Sequence record: KX397373.1
Direction: 5' to 3' (one strand)
DNA: 64,000 nucleotides
In this document: in pieces, positions 38,951-48,897 of the stretch
Numbering within the stretch: position 1 is the first letter of the stretch
Layout: the number at the start of each line of letters is the position of its first letter
The notes under the pieces: model-generated
Told to the model about the DNA's origin: nothing
Database searches by the model: none
What the model saw: only the letters and a program-made list of their open reading frames with translations
Made by a program: the position numbers and the translations under genes

Positions 38951-39531
38951 TGGCTAAGGTTATCATTGAACAGCGCGAGATGAATTTCGACGAGCTGAAA
39001 GAACGTTACAGTGTGAAAGCCCCACGGGTCGTTGAAAGCTGCGAGAAGTATGCCGAGGCTGAACTGGTGGTCTTCCAGCAGGATAAACTGCCGCTGATGG
39101 TGTTCGTGAAAACGTTCATCACCGAAGGCACGATGAAGCTCTGCTGTTTGACCAACGTGATTTCCAGTACGCTTGAAGTGGACGTGACGTTGATGCGCCG
39201 TTACAAAGACGCCTACATGAAGAAGGTCAATCTCGTGACCTTTGACTTCCCGCGTTCGATTATGGTGAACGGGTGCCGTCCTGCGATTCTGCGTTTCTCG
39301 CATCTGGAAGAAGATGAGCAGCCGGTGGAGAAATTCCAGCCGTATTCCATTACGCAGGAAACGTACCAACAGCGCGGTGGGATAGATTGGCTGGACACGG
39401 TTGCCCCCAATATTTCTCGTGGGCAGGAAGTGCATCTTATCTGCTATAACCCGGCGATTGAACACACCATCTCTCGTCATCTGGTTGAGCAACACGGCTT
39501 CCAGCAACACCGTGCTATTTACATCCCGTAG
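38950..39531 (+). CDS. Hypothetical protein
   Basis: 193 aa, start overlaps the upstream stop (TAATG). Confidence 0.7.
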   Translation: MAKVIIEQREMNFDELKERYSVKAPRVVESCEKYAEAELVVFQQDKLPLMVFVKTFITEGTMKLCCLTNVISSTLEVDVTLMRRYKDAYMKKVNLVTFDFPRSIMVNGCRPAILRFSHLEEDEQPVEKFQPYSITQETYQQRGGIDWLDTVAPNISRGQEVHLICYNPAIEHTISRHLVEQHGFQQHRAIYIP

Positions 39532-39539
39532 GAGCTGCT

Positions 39540-40100
39540 ATGCGTGTTGTTGAAATTCGTAAAGATGTCTGGATGGAGTCGATTGCTGAAAGCGGTGGTT
39601 GGGAAGGGATTGAAGCAGACCTGCCTGAAACCAATGACGCCCCGTTGGTGCTATTGGTGCAGACGAAAGGCGAGCGTTTAATCCGCGGTATCTTCCACCG
39701 GGTAAATTTGGTTAACCCGCTGCTGCGCGCCACCGCAGTGGGGTTATCTGAAATTGACCCAGATTGGTTTAAAGACTACATCAAACGCAAATCACCGAAC
39801 AACGTGATTAACATCGAGCTGAGCGATGAAACCCGCATGGCAAGATTACAACCAACCGCGTTGTGTATTTACGATCCTAATCTGGAACAGGATACCCCGT
39901 CTGATATCAATCTCAAACTGGGTACCATTCTGGAGAGTAACATTGTTCGTTTGGTCACGGACACATTAGAGCATCTGCAACCCCCGATGCTGATTATCCG
40001 TAATCCGAACGAGCTGGCGTTAGACCACCTGATGAATTACCTCGAGCATAACACGACCTATCTGGTTAACTCCAGAACTTACACCCTTAAAGGAGAATGA
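39540..40100 (+). CDS. Hypothetical protein
   Basis: 186 aa, AGGAG RBS. Confidence 0.7.
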   Translation: MRVVEIRKDVWMESIAESGGWEGIEADLPETNDAPLVLLVQTKGERLIRGIFHRVNLVNPLLRATAVGLSEIDPDWFKDYIKRKSPNNVINIELSDETRMARLQPTALCIYDPNLEQDTPSDINLKLGTILESNIVRLVTDTLEHLQPPMLIIRNPNELALDHLMNYLEHNTTYLVNSRTYTLKGE

Positions 40101-40633
40101 AAATGCAATACGAAGGCTTCGTTGTAACCCAGCAACCGTTTGTTGACACTAACCTGATGCGTTCTCAGGTCGTGTACGCTGATAAAGACACCGCGGTAGA
40201 AATCGCCCGTGGTCGTCCTACTGGTCAACATATCAGCAAGGTGTCTATCGACATCACCAACCCGTTCATTACCGACAAGTCCGACCCGTTTGTGGACATC
40301 GGCAAAATCAAGCCGTACGTCTCTCGTGAGCAGTTCCAACAAATCGCGCAGGGTAATCCGGTTGAGCTGACCGAAACCAATGAATGGGAACGAATTCAGG
40401 AACGTCATCCGGGCTTAGGTCTGATGGAAGTGTTCCACGAATTCCCGGACGAGTTCGATAAGCTGCCGATGTGGGCCGAGCAGCTTTATAACAGCACCAC
40501 CGTTCACGATATGTTAGTCATGAACAATTTCGACGGGGCGATCCATGCTGTTCATGGGCCGTATCCGGGTGCCGTTGCCTACCACACTTTCCACCCCGCA
40601 CGCATTACCTTCATTGAAAAGGTAAGCCTGTAA
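40097..40633 (+). CDS. Hypothetical protein with weak ART-PolyVal-like (ADP-ribosyltransferase-fold) pattern
   Basis: SKVSIDITNPF...NFDGAIH....G.VAYHTFHPARI resembles the vyL.i.NP...GyDGii...yvvF.p.qI pattern. Confidence 0.4.
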   Translation: MKMQYEGFVVTQQPFVDTNLMRSQVVYADKDTAVEIARGRPTGQHISKVSIDITNPFITDKSDPFVDIGKIKPYVSREQFQQIAQGNPVELTETNEWERIQERHPGLGLMEVFHEFPDEFDKLPMWAEQLYNSTTVHDMLVMNNFDGAIHAVHGPYPGAVAYHTFHPARITFIEKVSL

Positions 40634-40640
40634 GTTGTAC

Positions 40641-40677
40641 GGTAGAGACCTTCGGGTCTCTACCTTTCTCTTTTTTT
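40641..40677 (+). terminator. Intrinsic terminator (UUCG loop)
   Basis: GGTAGAGACC-TTCG-GGTCTCTACC followed by a T-run. Confidence 0.9.
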
Positions 40678-40708
40678 ACACTTAAGCCAAATATTAGTAG
40701 GAGCATCG

Positions 40709-41281
40709 ATGTTACAACTCCAATTGCACGAAAACGCCACCCAGTTAAAGAACTGGGCAAAAGGTGATCACCTACCGAAAGGTGCAACGTTATCCAGCGT
40801 GTCTATCCTGTTTAACGATGACACCAATCGGGTATTGACCCTGAACGACCCCGCAACGAATCTGCCTCTGGGTATCTTTGTTGACGAATGTCATGGACTG
40901 CTGCACACCATCCGCCCGGTCTTCTGGGATGCCTCCCTGCAAGGCGAGGTTAAGCTGGACGCATTCAAAGAGTACAGCAAAGACCGCTGCTACTTAGAAG
41001 CGTTCCTCTTATTACCTCCGGGACTGGTGAAAGCGGTGTACGGGAAAATCCGCTATCGCATCTGGGTACCTGAGAAGGCACCACTGGGGCGGACGCTCAC
41101 GAATTTCAATCTCTACATCGATGGGATGTGGAAAATGAAACTGGATTTGGTCGAAGGGCACCCGGATTTAAATCTGATGCTGATTCGTACTTATGGCTTT
41201 GCCGGGACGGAATACAATATGGTCTCGGCACGGTTAAAGCAACTCGGTTTTAAGCGTACCGCTACAGCATTCGTAATATAA
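40709..41281 (+). CDS. Hypothetical protein
   Basis: 190 aa, AGGAG RBS. Confidence 0.7.
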   Translation: MLQLQLHENATQLKNWAKGDHLPKGATLSSVSILFNDDTNRVLTLNDPATNLPLGIFVDECHGLLHTIRPVFWDASLQGEVKLDAFKEYSKDRCYLEAFLLLPPGLVKAVYGKIRYRIWVPEKAPLGRTLTNFNLYIDGMWKMKLDLVEGHPDLNLMLIRTYGFAGTEYNMVSARLKQLGFKRTATAFVI

Positions 41282-41288
41282 ATCATTT

Positions 41289-41311
41289 CAGATATATATT
41301 ACTTAGGTGAG
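41289..41311 (+). promoter_or_regulatory. Candidate early promoter containing TATATTAC
   Basis: TATATTAC at 41295-41302 is the early-promoter consensus described for phiKZ; intergenic position. Confidence 0.5.
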
Positions 41312-41413
41312 CATTGAATGTCTCAATGCTTTTATAACCCGGTAGACTACCTGTATCTAACCCTGTCCCAAATACGTTGGACAGCCAGAGTCAGTCTGCC
41401 AAAGGAGAGTATC

Positions 41414-42745
41414 ATGGTTTGGAACGTAGACGTTTTTGTTAAGTCATTAAACATCCCCGGTTTTCAGGTGTTTGTTGAAAGTATCGACATCCCTAAAGTA
41501 GGCGACTTCACCGGGGTAGATTACCAGAAGCGCCAGAAATTCATTGACGGTCTGGTCTCTTGGGTACAGTTGAAAAACCTGCACCTGCCGGAAATCGCCT
41601 GGGAAGTATCTGACATGCAGTACGGTGTCGTGGTGCGTACCCAGGACAAACACCCGGAATTGAAAAAGATCGTGGTCGAGTTTGTGAACGATCAGATTTC
41701 CTACATGCTGACCCACGGCACGTTTGCAGAGTTTGCCTATGATAAGTATTTCTGGGTGGATGCTGACGTAATGCCTAAGCAGGACACCCCTGACGTGAGC
41801 GAGGTGGGTAAAGCGCTTTACGAAGCAGCCCCCAATACCGTCAGAAAGGAACCGTCACCAGACGCAAGCGTCGAACAATTACGGACGCCGCCATTCCCTG
41901 CACGCCTTATGTCTCTTGTTGCATCAATGCAAGTGCCAAACGTTAACGGGTTAGTTGGTTGGGATTCTGCGATGATCCCGCGTGATATGGTGTTGCGCCA
42001 TGCGCACAGTTACCTACGTGGCGTTGTGAAATACTTCGCTCTGGAAGACCCGGACGTTCGCTACAAATGGCTTGACCTGAAAGCGTACCCGGCCAATGAA
42101 TCTAATCCAGCTGAGAAAGTGCCTTGTACTCGAGAAGAAGCGACACATGTCGTTATCGGCATCGAAAAACCTGGCCATGTCTTCGAGTTCATTCTCGATG
42201 TGGCTGCAATGGTGCGAGCGAGTCGTTCACGACAGCTTAACCCTGCGGACTTCGAGAAAGAGTTCTGGCTCCCTATTCCTTTCAATTGGGCAGACGAACA
42301 AATCGTAGAATCTGAAGGGTTGGATACGCACTTTACTCGCGCCATCGAAAACATGGATGCGAAAGAGAAGGTAGAGTTGGAATTCCACCACTTCCAGGAA
42401 AAACTTTCTCAACTCATGGCTACCACGCTTTATCGTGCAACTGACGGTAATCTACCGCAGCGTAACGATGGCTTCATTCCATTGCGTGCTGTTCATGGGT
42501 TGCTGAACGATTTCATGGATTGGCTGAAGTACAACTTTAGCAACATCATCAGGTACGATGTCTGTGAGTGGGATATGAATGTGTATTTATCAGACACCAC
42601 TACCGCCACCTTAGAAGTAACAGACCGAGTCTCTTTCCGTCGGTTTATCGTAACGTACAATTACGATAACTTCTTTAAAGGGCATATTGCCGCAGGGTTA
42701 GATTGGCACCCTGAAGCGCGCACCTTCTGGCGCTTACCAAGCTAA
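41414..42745 (+). CDS. Hypothetical protein
   Basis: AAGGAG RBS before ATG 41414; about 443 aa. Confidence 0.7.
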   Translation: MVWNVDVFVKSLNIPGFQVFVESIDIPKVGDFTGVDYQKRQKFIDGLVSWVQLKNLHLPEIAWEVSDMQYGVVVRTQDKHPELKKIVVEFVNDQISYMLTHGTFAEFAYDKYFWVDADVMPKQDTPDVSEVGKALYEAAPNTVRKEPSPDASVEQLRTPPFPARLMSLVASMQVPNVNGLVGWDSAMIPRDMVLRHAHSYLRGVVKYFALEDPDVRYKWLDLKAYPANESNPAEKVPCTREEATHVVIGIEKPGHVFEFILDVAAMVRASRSRQLNPADFEKEFWLPIPFNWADEQIVESEGLDTHFTRAIENMDAKEKVELEFHHFQEKLSQLMATTLYRATDGNLPQRNDGFIPLRAVHGLLNDFMDWLKYNFSNIIRYDVCEWDMNVYLSDTTTATLEVTDRVSFRRFIVTYNYDNFFKGHIAAGLDWHPEARTFWRLPS

Positions 42746-42750
42746 TTGTT

Positions 42751-42783
42751 AGGCGACCTTCGGGTCGCCTACTTTCTATTTAT
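42751..42783 (+). terminator. Intrinsic terminator (UUCG loop)
   Basis: AGGCGACC-TTCG-GGTCGCCT followed by a T-rich tail. Confidence 0.8.
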
Positions 42784-42799
42784 TTCACCGGGGACCATC

Positions 42800-43039
42800 A
42801 TGGAACTTATCATCGCCGATCGTGCTGGTAAGACTGTGGAGCGTTACAGAGTTATTTACTGTAGCCAAGCTTTGGATGATGTCATGCACTTTGTGGCCTA
42901 TCCAGACGGGTATGTTATACCCATTAGTCGCGAAATTAGAGAATGCAAAGTTCCACTTACTGCGACTATCCTCGCCTTAAACATCGCCACTCAAGAATCG
43001 CGCCGATTCGAGATTGGCCAATATAAACTGTTAAATTAA
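42800..43039 (+). CDS. Hypothetical protein
   Basis: GGGGA RBS before ATG 42800. Confidence 0.55.
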   Translation: MELIIADRAGKTVERYRVIYCSQALDDVMHFVAYPDGYVIPISREIRECKVPLTATILALNIATQESRRFEIGQYKLLN

Positions 43040-43058
43040 TTCGACTATTGAGAAGAAT

Positions 43059-43493
43059 ATGAAAATCAAAACTTTCCTGAAAGTGGTTATTGCTGTTTGC
43101 GTTATCGGTGTGTTTCTGACGTATCTCGTGCCTGAGAAAGCGTTGGCAGATTCCATCCCTGCTGACGAAGCCTCTATGTTAAACCCGGACGAAGAACCGG
43201 TGTTAATGAAGAAGGTCGAGACGCTCAACATCTATAAGCTCATGGCAGCAGGTAAGTGTACGGGATTGGTCATTGAAGACGCAGACAAACGCCGCGGACA
43301 TAAAGTCTATCAGCGGTTATACGACATCAGCTGTACCCAACCGGATATTTCGTCCGTGAGCGTACAGCCTCTCGAACTGCCCAATCTCGTCGCCATTGAT
43401 TTCTTTCACAATGCGACCATGGTTGGGAGAGTCACCCTCAATCGTGGAGATATAAAGGATGAAATCGTATCGCACAAACGCACACGCCATTAA
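43059..43493 (+). CDS. Predicted exported or membrane-anchored protein
   Basis: MKIK followed by a hydrophobic helix; 2 Cys in the mature part. Confidence 0.65.
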   Translation: MKIKTFLKVVIAVCVIGVFLTYLVPEKALADSIPADEASMLNPDEEPVLMKKVETLNIYKLMAAGKCTGLVIEDADKRRGHKVYQRLYDISCTQPDISSVSVQPLELPNLVAIDFFHNATMVGRVTLNRGDIKDEIVSHKRTRH

Positions 43494-43944
43494 AGTTATC
43501 CTGTTCACCGTGTTCCTGATGGGTATCGTGTTGTTCGCCCATCAGGCAAACGCCAACATTGAAAACGGGTGGTCTGGGAGTGTCTCTGGCGGTATCCCGG
43601 CCATCACCAAAGAATCCAGCTCAGGTAAGCCATTCTGGTGCAATCAGTATGGTTTACTGCACAAAACATGTCGGGTCACTGACATCTCGCCTAGCAAGCG
43701 AATTGCAATCGTCAACCAGCCTCGTCCGGATGCCAATTGTCCGAATGGGGTCTGGGGTATCGTTGACCGGTTGTCTGGTGTTGCTATGACGCTTTATCCA
43801 AACGATAAAGTGACTTTCGAAGAATATTGTCGTGGCAATTTCAAAGTGGGGTTTGTACATACCCGCAATCCGAACTCCCTGGCAGATGTAGTGATGTACT
43901 TTAACAATAAGCCAGTGGAATCTTTAGAATACGTTACGGAGTAG
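43459..43944 (+). CDS. Predicted secreted Cys-containing protein
   Basis: Signal peptide ending ANA; FWC..C..CP..C pattern. Confidence 0.7.
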   Translation: MKSYRTNAHAIKVILFTVFLMGIVLFAHQANANIENGWSGSVSGGIPAITKESSSGKPFWCNQYGLLHKTCRVTDISPSKRIAIVNQPRPDANCPNGVWGIVDRLSGVAMTLYPNDKVTFEEYCRGNFKVGFVHTRNPNSLADVVMYFNNKPVESLEYVTE

Positions 43945-43967
43945 TTCTCTACTTAAAGGGTGTAATC

Positions 43968-44381
43968 ATGAAACATTTCATGCTTCCATTGTTGTTTGCT
44001 GCACTGGTGAGTTTCTTCGCTAACGCTGCGGCACCGACCGTCGAATTGCCAAGGCAGGTTACGGATGTGTCGGACGGTTCGCTGTTCTGGTGTCAGAACA
44101 GCGATGTGGCGGATAAATCTTGTAACATTATCGCGCTCTCGGATAATGCCCGTTATGCGTTGGTCAAGATAGTTGGGGGTGTAGGTTGCCCCGACCCGCA
44201 ATACGGCGTCATCAATCTCTCGACCGGTAAGGCGGGGATTATGATGTACAACAACAACCAAACGTGTCGCGGAGAGGCGGTGGCAGAATTTGCCCGCTCC
44301 CCCGAGGATAATACGTTGACCGTTATCCTGTACGACCCGACCAATCGCAAGAACGTCGGGGTTAACTCAATTACTTATTAA
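43968..44381 (+). CDS. Predicted secreted Cys-containing protein, paralog of 43459
   Basis: Signal peptide ending ANA; FWC..C..CP..TCRG. Confidence 0.7.
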   Translation: MKHFMLPLLFAALVSFFANAAAPTVELPRQVTDVSDGSLFWCQNSDVADKSCNIIALSDNARYALVKIVGGVGCPDPQYGVINLSTGKAGIMMYNNNQTCRGEAVAEFARSPEDNTLTVILYDPTNRKNVGVNSITY

Positions 44382-44392
44382 GGACTGTTGCC

Positions 44393-44788
44393 ATGCGTGG
44401 AGTTGTTGGTTGTTTGATGTTCGTTGTTGTTCTCGTGTCTTCTTTCGCGGTGAGCGCCTCGACGTCGGTTGGTGATTTGTTACTCACCGATTCTCAGTAT
44501 CAGTATAATCCGCCGCCGTTTGAAGTTTGTACGACCAAGACGGATGTGTGTAGCGAACTCGGACAACACGACCACTTCATTCTGGTAAAAGCAGACGGAG
44601 GTGCGACGTGTCCCGCAGGTTACTATTTCGTGTTGGACTCCGCAGCAAAAGAAATTATTCCGGTTGACACGGTGACGTGTGACCCTACGCTTAAGGTCAC
44701 CCTCGCCAAGAACACTAAAACGAAGAAGCACTTAGTCGTCGTAGAACAGCAAGGTAAGACAGTCGGCTCTGTGCCACTAGACAACTAA
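44393..44788 (+). CDS. Predicted secreted Cys-containing protein, distant paralog
   Basis: Signal peptide ending VSA; C..C..CP..TC. Confidence 0.65.
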   Translation: MRGVVGCLMFVVVLVSSFAVSASTSVGDLLLTDSQYQYNPPPFEVCTTKTDVCSELGQHDHFILVKADGGATCPAGYYFVLDSAAKEIIPVDTVTCDPTLKVTLAKNTKTKKHLVVVEQQGKTVGSVPLDN

Positions 44789-44929
44789 GCAGCCTACACA
44801 CAGGTGCCAACTGTAAGACGTCCACGACAACGTCTTACTTGACCTCGTAGTCTAAGTCCCCAACACTTCCGGGCTACGAGGTCCTTTTTGACCCCCCACT
44901 AATCGACTATCAAACCTTAAGGATTACCC

Positions 44930-45439
44930 ATGAATACTCAAACTGCACTTGATGCTCGCGTTGGTTTCTTTGCTCAACATAACGCCCGCCCTGATTACTT
45001 ACGTTCTGTGCTATCTACCGCATGGAAGATGATTCAACTCGACGACCTCACTCGCCACACCAATGCAAGTGAATGGGATGAGACCGTCTATGCTCTCGCG
45101 AACACCATTGATTACGCGTGGGTGGAAGACGTGCTGCAATGTCGTCAACTGGATGTTTACTATCGCCGTATCATCGGCGCACAGCGCGTGCTCATGGCCA
45201 TCGGTGCCAATCGTCGACTCCCGTCGTATCTTCTGACCGAGCGTCAGGACGACGAGACGTTAGACCACGTTCTTATCAGCGACTTCTGGGACAACAGTGC
45301 GGACGTTCTCGAACTGTCCAGCGGTGAACGTATCGCCGCTAACCTAGTGTTCAGCTGTAACGCAGACATGTACAAACCGTATGCCGTGATTAATGGGAAA
45401 GAGGTTCCTGTTATTTCGCTTATGCATATGGGACTGTAA
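44930..45439 (+). CDS. Hypothetical protein
   Basis: 169 aa, AAGGA RBS. Confidence 0.7.
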   Translation: MNTQTALDARVGFFAQHNARPDYLRSVLSTAWKMIQLDDLTRHTNASEWDETVYALANTIDYAWVEDVLQCRQLDVYYRRIIGAQRVLMAIGANRRLPSYLLTERQDDETLDHVLISDFWDNSADVLELSSGERIAANLVFSCNADMYKPYAVINGKEVPVISLMHMGL

Positions 45440-45445
45440 TCATAG

Positions 45446-45474
45446 AGGTAGCCTACGGGCTACCTTCTTTTTTT
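45446..45474 (+). terminator. Intrinsic terminator
   Basis: AGGTAGCC-TACG-GGCTACCT followed by a T-run. Confidence 0.85.
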
Positions 45475-45492
45475 GATTAATAAGGATACACC

Positions 45493-46101
45493 ATGAACGA
45501 ATTGACGTTGGTCCGTTTTATCCAGGCGATGCGCGTCCACGAACTGACCCCGACCAATAAACTGTACATCGACTTGATGGCCGAAGAAATCGAGGGCTTC
45601 CTGGAGTACCCGCGACTAGCTGCGTATTTCGAGAAGTACACTCCGCAGGCATACGCGGAATTAAAAGACGCCCTGGCAAATCAGCAGACACTTACGCTGA
45701 ACACGACGCCGTTCAAGGCGTTAACCGCCATTGAACCTAACGGTTCGGTTGATGTACCACGCCGGGTACTCTTCTTCTACGTAGACGGCGACAACATGGT
45801 CGCTGAGCGGGTTAACTGGATTGGTGAGGAACTCACAACAGAGAACTGGGTGGTGGGTGAGGTGGCCAATGCCTGGAAAGAAGAAAACCACCAAACCTTC
45901 CCGTACGAAGAAATCCCGATGACCTATCTGTTCCCGGTTTACCTGGATAAAGCAGCGCCAGGCAAAACTGCGGAACTGACAGCCTTGCTCTGTCAGCAAA
46001 CGGCCGAGGTGGTAATGAGTACCGCTGGTAAAGCGTGGTGCGACCGGTCAAAAGCAGGGGACTATTGGCTGACCTGTGGCTACAAAAAGTTTAAAGAGTA
46101 A
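45493..46101 (+). CDS. Hypothetical protein
   Basis: 202 aa, TAAGGA RBS. Confidence 0.7.
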   Translation: MNELTLVRFIQAMRVHELTPTNKLYIDLMAEEIEGFLEYPRLAAYFEKYTPQAYAELKDALANQQTLTLNTTPFKALTAIEPNGSVDVPRRVLFFYVDGDNMVAERVNWIGEELTTENWVVGEVANAWKEENHQTFPYEEIPMTYLFPVYLDKAAPGKTAELTALLCQQTAEVVMSTAGKAWCDRSKAGDYWLTCGYKKFKE

Positions 46102-46115
46102 TGGTATCAAAGACT

Positions 46116-46149
46116 TGGAGACCTTCGGGTCTCCATCTCTATTTTTTTA
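46116..46149 (+). terminator. Intrinsic terminator (UUCG loop)
   Basis: TGGAGACC-TTCG-GGTCTCCA followed by a T-run. Confidence 0.85.
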
Positions 46150-46202
46150 CGCTTGAAATCATGGATATGTAGAAACTAATACTTTTTCATTAGAAGGCAA
46201 CC

Positions 46203-48713
46203 ATGCTAAAGGTCGAGCGTATTATTCTGAAAGGATTTACCGGGATGGGGTTGCATGAAATCGAAACCTTTGATTTCACGTTACAATCCACCGTGACGAT
46301 TATCCTCGGCGGCAACGGCTGTGGCAAGACAAGCTTGTTGTCTGTCTTCCTTCCCTTAGCACCCTCCAAAACAGAATTCCGAGACGGGGGCTCTTACACG
46401 AATTATGCACTCGTGGGAGACCAACGTTTCAAGTTCCACGTCAAACGTAAAGGTAGCTCGCTTGTCTGTGACATCGAGAACCTGACCACCGGTGAAAAAC
46501 TGATAGACAATGCCAATTCTAAAGTCTACAACTCCCGCATTGAAGAACTGACGGGTATCACCAAAGAAATCAAAGAACTCATTAACGGGGAAATGCTCCT
46601 TACAGACGCTGGTACTGATTTGCGTCGTAAGTGGCTGAATAAAATGTCCTCTTCTGACCTGACGTACGCGCTTGGCTTCTATGCCCGTTTACGTAAGAAC
46701 CTGACAGGTCTGAACGGGGCGATGGATCACACCAGTCGTAAAATCGCAGAGTTGAAGATGCGGGTTGTCGAAGATAACGACGAACGTAAACAGCTCGGTG
46801 AGCGGCTGAAAGAGTTGGACGGGGATTTGCGTGAGTTGAACCGCACCATCGAACAACTGCCCGGTGTGAACAACGCGGTATCGAAACACAGCATTGAGAA
46901 GTTACTCCAGCAACTCAAGCCGATGACAGATATGATCCAACGCCATAAGGGTGTTATCCCGTCTGACGAAACCCTGCGTGCGACGCGGGCGAACGAATCG
47001 TGTCTGCGTGAATTTGCCGTTGCGGCTGAAACCGAAGTTACGATGCTGAATAAAGAACTGTCAGCCTTGCTCGATGAGTCGACGCGCCAGGATTACCTGA
47101 TGCGTAACCACGAAGGGTTGAAACAAACTTTAACCACGTTGCGCGAAGAGATTGCCAGTTGGGATAACCAGCAGTGGCTGTTCCCGGACTTGTTCGTGGG
47201 TGATACCATCACTATTGACCAGTTACGTGGGGCACAAGACGCACGCGTGTGGGGTCAAAAGCTCGGTACCACATTGGATGCGGTTCACTCCAACGAACGC
47301 TTAGCGATATTGGAAGAACGGCTGTGTCGTTTTGACCAAATCTCTGCGGGATTGAGTGAGCGCCTGCAACGCGTCAAGAACGTGCTGCATGGCTTGGAGC
47401 ATGAACGTGGACATTTCCTGGACACCGCGGAAGTTGACTGTCCGAAATGTACGCACCGTTTCCGTCCGGGTGTACGCAAGTCACTGCAAACCATTGAAAA
47501 GGAAATCAATGAGAACGTAGTGTGGAAGAAACAGGTTGAGGAAGAATTGGAAACCTTGCTGGCGAACCGCAAAGATGTGGAGAGCGATGTAGGGTACTTG
47601 CGCCAGGTGCGTGAAATCGTTTTGACCTATTCCAAAGACCCGGTACTGTGTTTGTTCTTTAAAAAGTTGCAAGAGAAGGATGTGTTCACGGATAACCGTC
47701 ATCAGTTCGCTGGTATTGCGAACACATTTGGCCAGGAGCTGGAACAAGCCGTGGATTGTTTGATCAGTCGTCGCAAGTTAGCGAAAGCTGAGAAGGATTG
47801 GATGGAAGCCGTGGCGGCGGTAGGAAATGTAGACGGGGCGCTGCACCAGAAAATCGAACACCTGCGAAACAGGCTAGGGAATGCGACTGAGCGTCTCTCA
47901 GAGCGACGCAGAGCTGTCGAAGAGGTGTCAGATGTCCTGACGTACCAGGAAAACGTGAAACGTGCTGTAGACCAATTTAACACGCTTTACTCACGGCTCG
48001 GTTCCGACGTGCAAACGTCCATGACCAACACCTTAGTGAACGAGTTGTTGTCTGCGCGTGAAAGTAAGCTTGATGCTTTCACCACCGCCCGCGAACGTTT
48101 CCGTCAGATGGAAAATGAAATGGCGAATCTTGACGGGTTGGAAAAAGAGTTGGCCGAGTTACAAGCCCACCACTTTAACAACAAGTTAATGATTCAAGCC
48201 TGGTCACCGGAGAAAGGTGTGCTGCGCAAATACTTCTATAACGCCATTGTGCGTATTACGGAGTTGATGTCACGCTACATTGACAGGGTCTGGTCTTACC
48301 CGATGCGGGTAATGCCTTGTGATTTGTCTGAGGGGGATTTAGACTACACCTTCCCCGTTCAGCTCAAAACACATCCTGAACCGGTACCGGATGTTCGAAA
48401 AGGGTCAAAAGCACAACGGGCCATCTTTAACCTGATGTTTCGTTTGACAGCCTATAAGGCCCTCAATTTACAACATTACCCCTTGGTATTGGATGAACCC
48501 TCAGAAGGCATGGATGAAGAACACAAAAATAGTTTGGTGGGCTTTATCAAAAGTATCGCGCAATCTGGCGAGTTCTCCCAACTGTTGGTGGTCTCTCATG
48601 AGGCGGAAGTACATTCCAAGCTGAACGAAGCAACCTATTGTGTCGTTGAGCCTGAGGGGGTTACGCTGCCTCCTGTTTACAATGAAGGAGTGAAGATTGT
48701 ATACGCGGCGTGA
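46203..48713 (+). CDS. sbcC: SbcC/Rad50-like SMC-family ATPase
   Basis: Walker A GGNGCGKT, long coiled coils, central CPKC zinc hook, signature-like GSKAQ, Walker B LVLDEP, VVSH. Confidence 0.9.
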   Translation: MLKVERIILKGFTGMGLHEIETFDFTLQSTVTIILGGNGCGKTSLLSVFLPLAPSKTEFRDGGSYTNYALVGDQRFKFHVKRKGSSLVCDIENLTTGEKLIDNANSKVYNSRIEELTGITKEIKELINGEMLLTDAGTDLRRKWLNKMSSSDLTYALGFYARLRKNLTGLNGAMDHTSRKIAELKMRVVEDNDERKQLGERLKELDGDLRELNRTIEQLPGVNNAVSKHSIEKLLQQLKPMTDMIQRHKGVIPSDETLRATRANESCLREFAVAAETEVTMLNKELSALLDESTRQDYLMRNHEGLKQTLTTLREEIASWDNQQWLFPDLFVGDTITIDQLRGAQDARVWGQKLGTTLDAVHSNERLAILEERLCRFDQISAGLSERLQRVKNVLHGLEHERGHFLDTAEVDCPKCTHRFRPGVRKSLQTIEKEINENVVWKKQVEEELETLLANRKDVESDVGYLRQVREIVLTYSKDPVLCLFFKKLQEKDVFTDNRHQFAGIANTFGQELEQAVDCLISRRKLAKAEKDWMEAVAAVGNVDGALHQKIEHLRNRLGNATERLSERRRAVEEVSDVLTYQENVKRAVDQFNTLYSRLGSDVQTSMTNTLVNELLSARESKLDAFTTARERFRQMENEMANLDGLEKELAELQAHHFNNKLMIQAWSPEKGVLRKYFYNAIVRITELMSRYIDRVWSYPMRVMPCDLSEGDLDYTFPVQLKTHPEPVPDVRKGSKAQRAIFNLMFRLTAYKALNLQHYPLVLDEPSEGMDEEHKNSLVGFIKSIAQSGEFSQLLVVSHEAEVHSKLNEATYCVVEPEGVTLPPVYNEGVKIVYAA

Positions 48714-48897
48714 TTGGGGTCGTAAGCTGGCCAGTGCGGTGTTTTGGTTGTGTGCTGCATTGGTCGGCTTTTTCTATTTACTGTTCTGTGCGGTAGTGAT
48801 TATCATCCATTTGGTTCCGTATCTCCTTAAGGGGTTGGAGATGATTTGGGATTGGTTGTGGTCACAACGCGCGGTCTGTGAATGGCGGGGGAAATAA
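48697..48897 (+). CDS. Small membrane protein
   Basis: Long hydrophobic stretch; overlaps the sbcC end. Confidence 0.5.
   Translation: MYTRRDWGRKLASAVFWLCAALVGFFYLLFCAVVIIIHLVPYLLKGLEMIWDWLWSQRAVCEWRGK

Noticed and set aside
38821-39510. Minus-strand 229-aa ORF
   Set aside because: Antisense to a coupled plus-strand gene run.
44789-44929. Possible tRNA in the hairpin-rich intergenic region
   Set aside because: No cloverleaf, T-loop GTTC or acceptor stem could be built.
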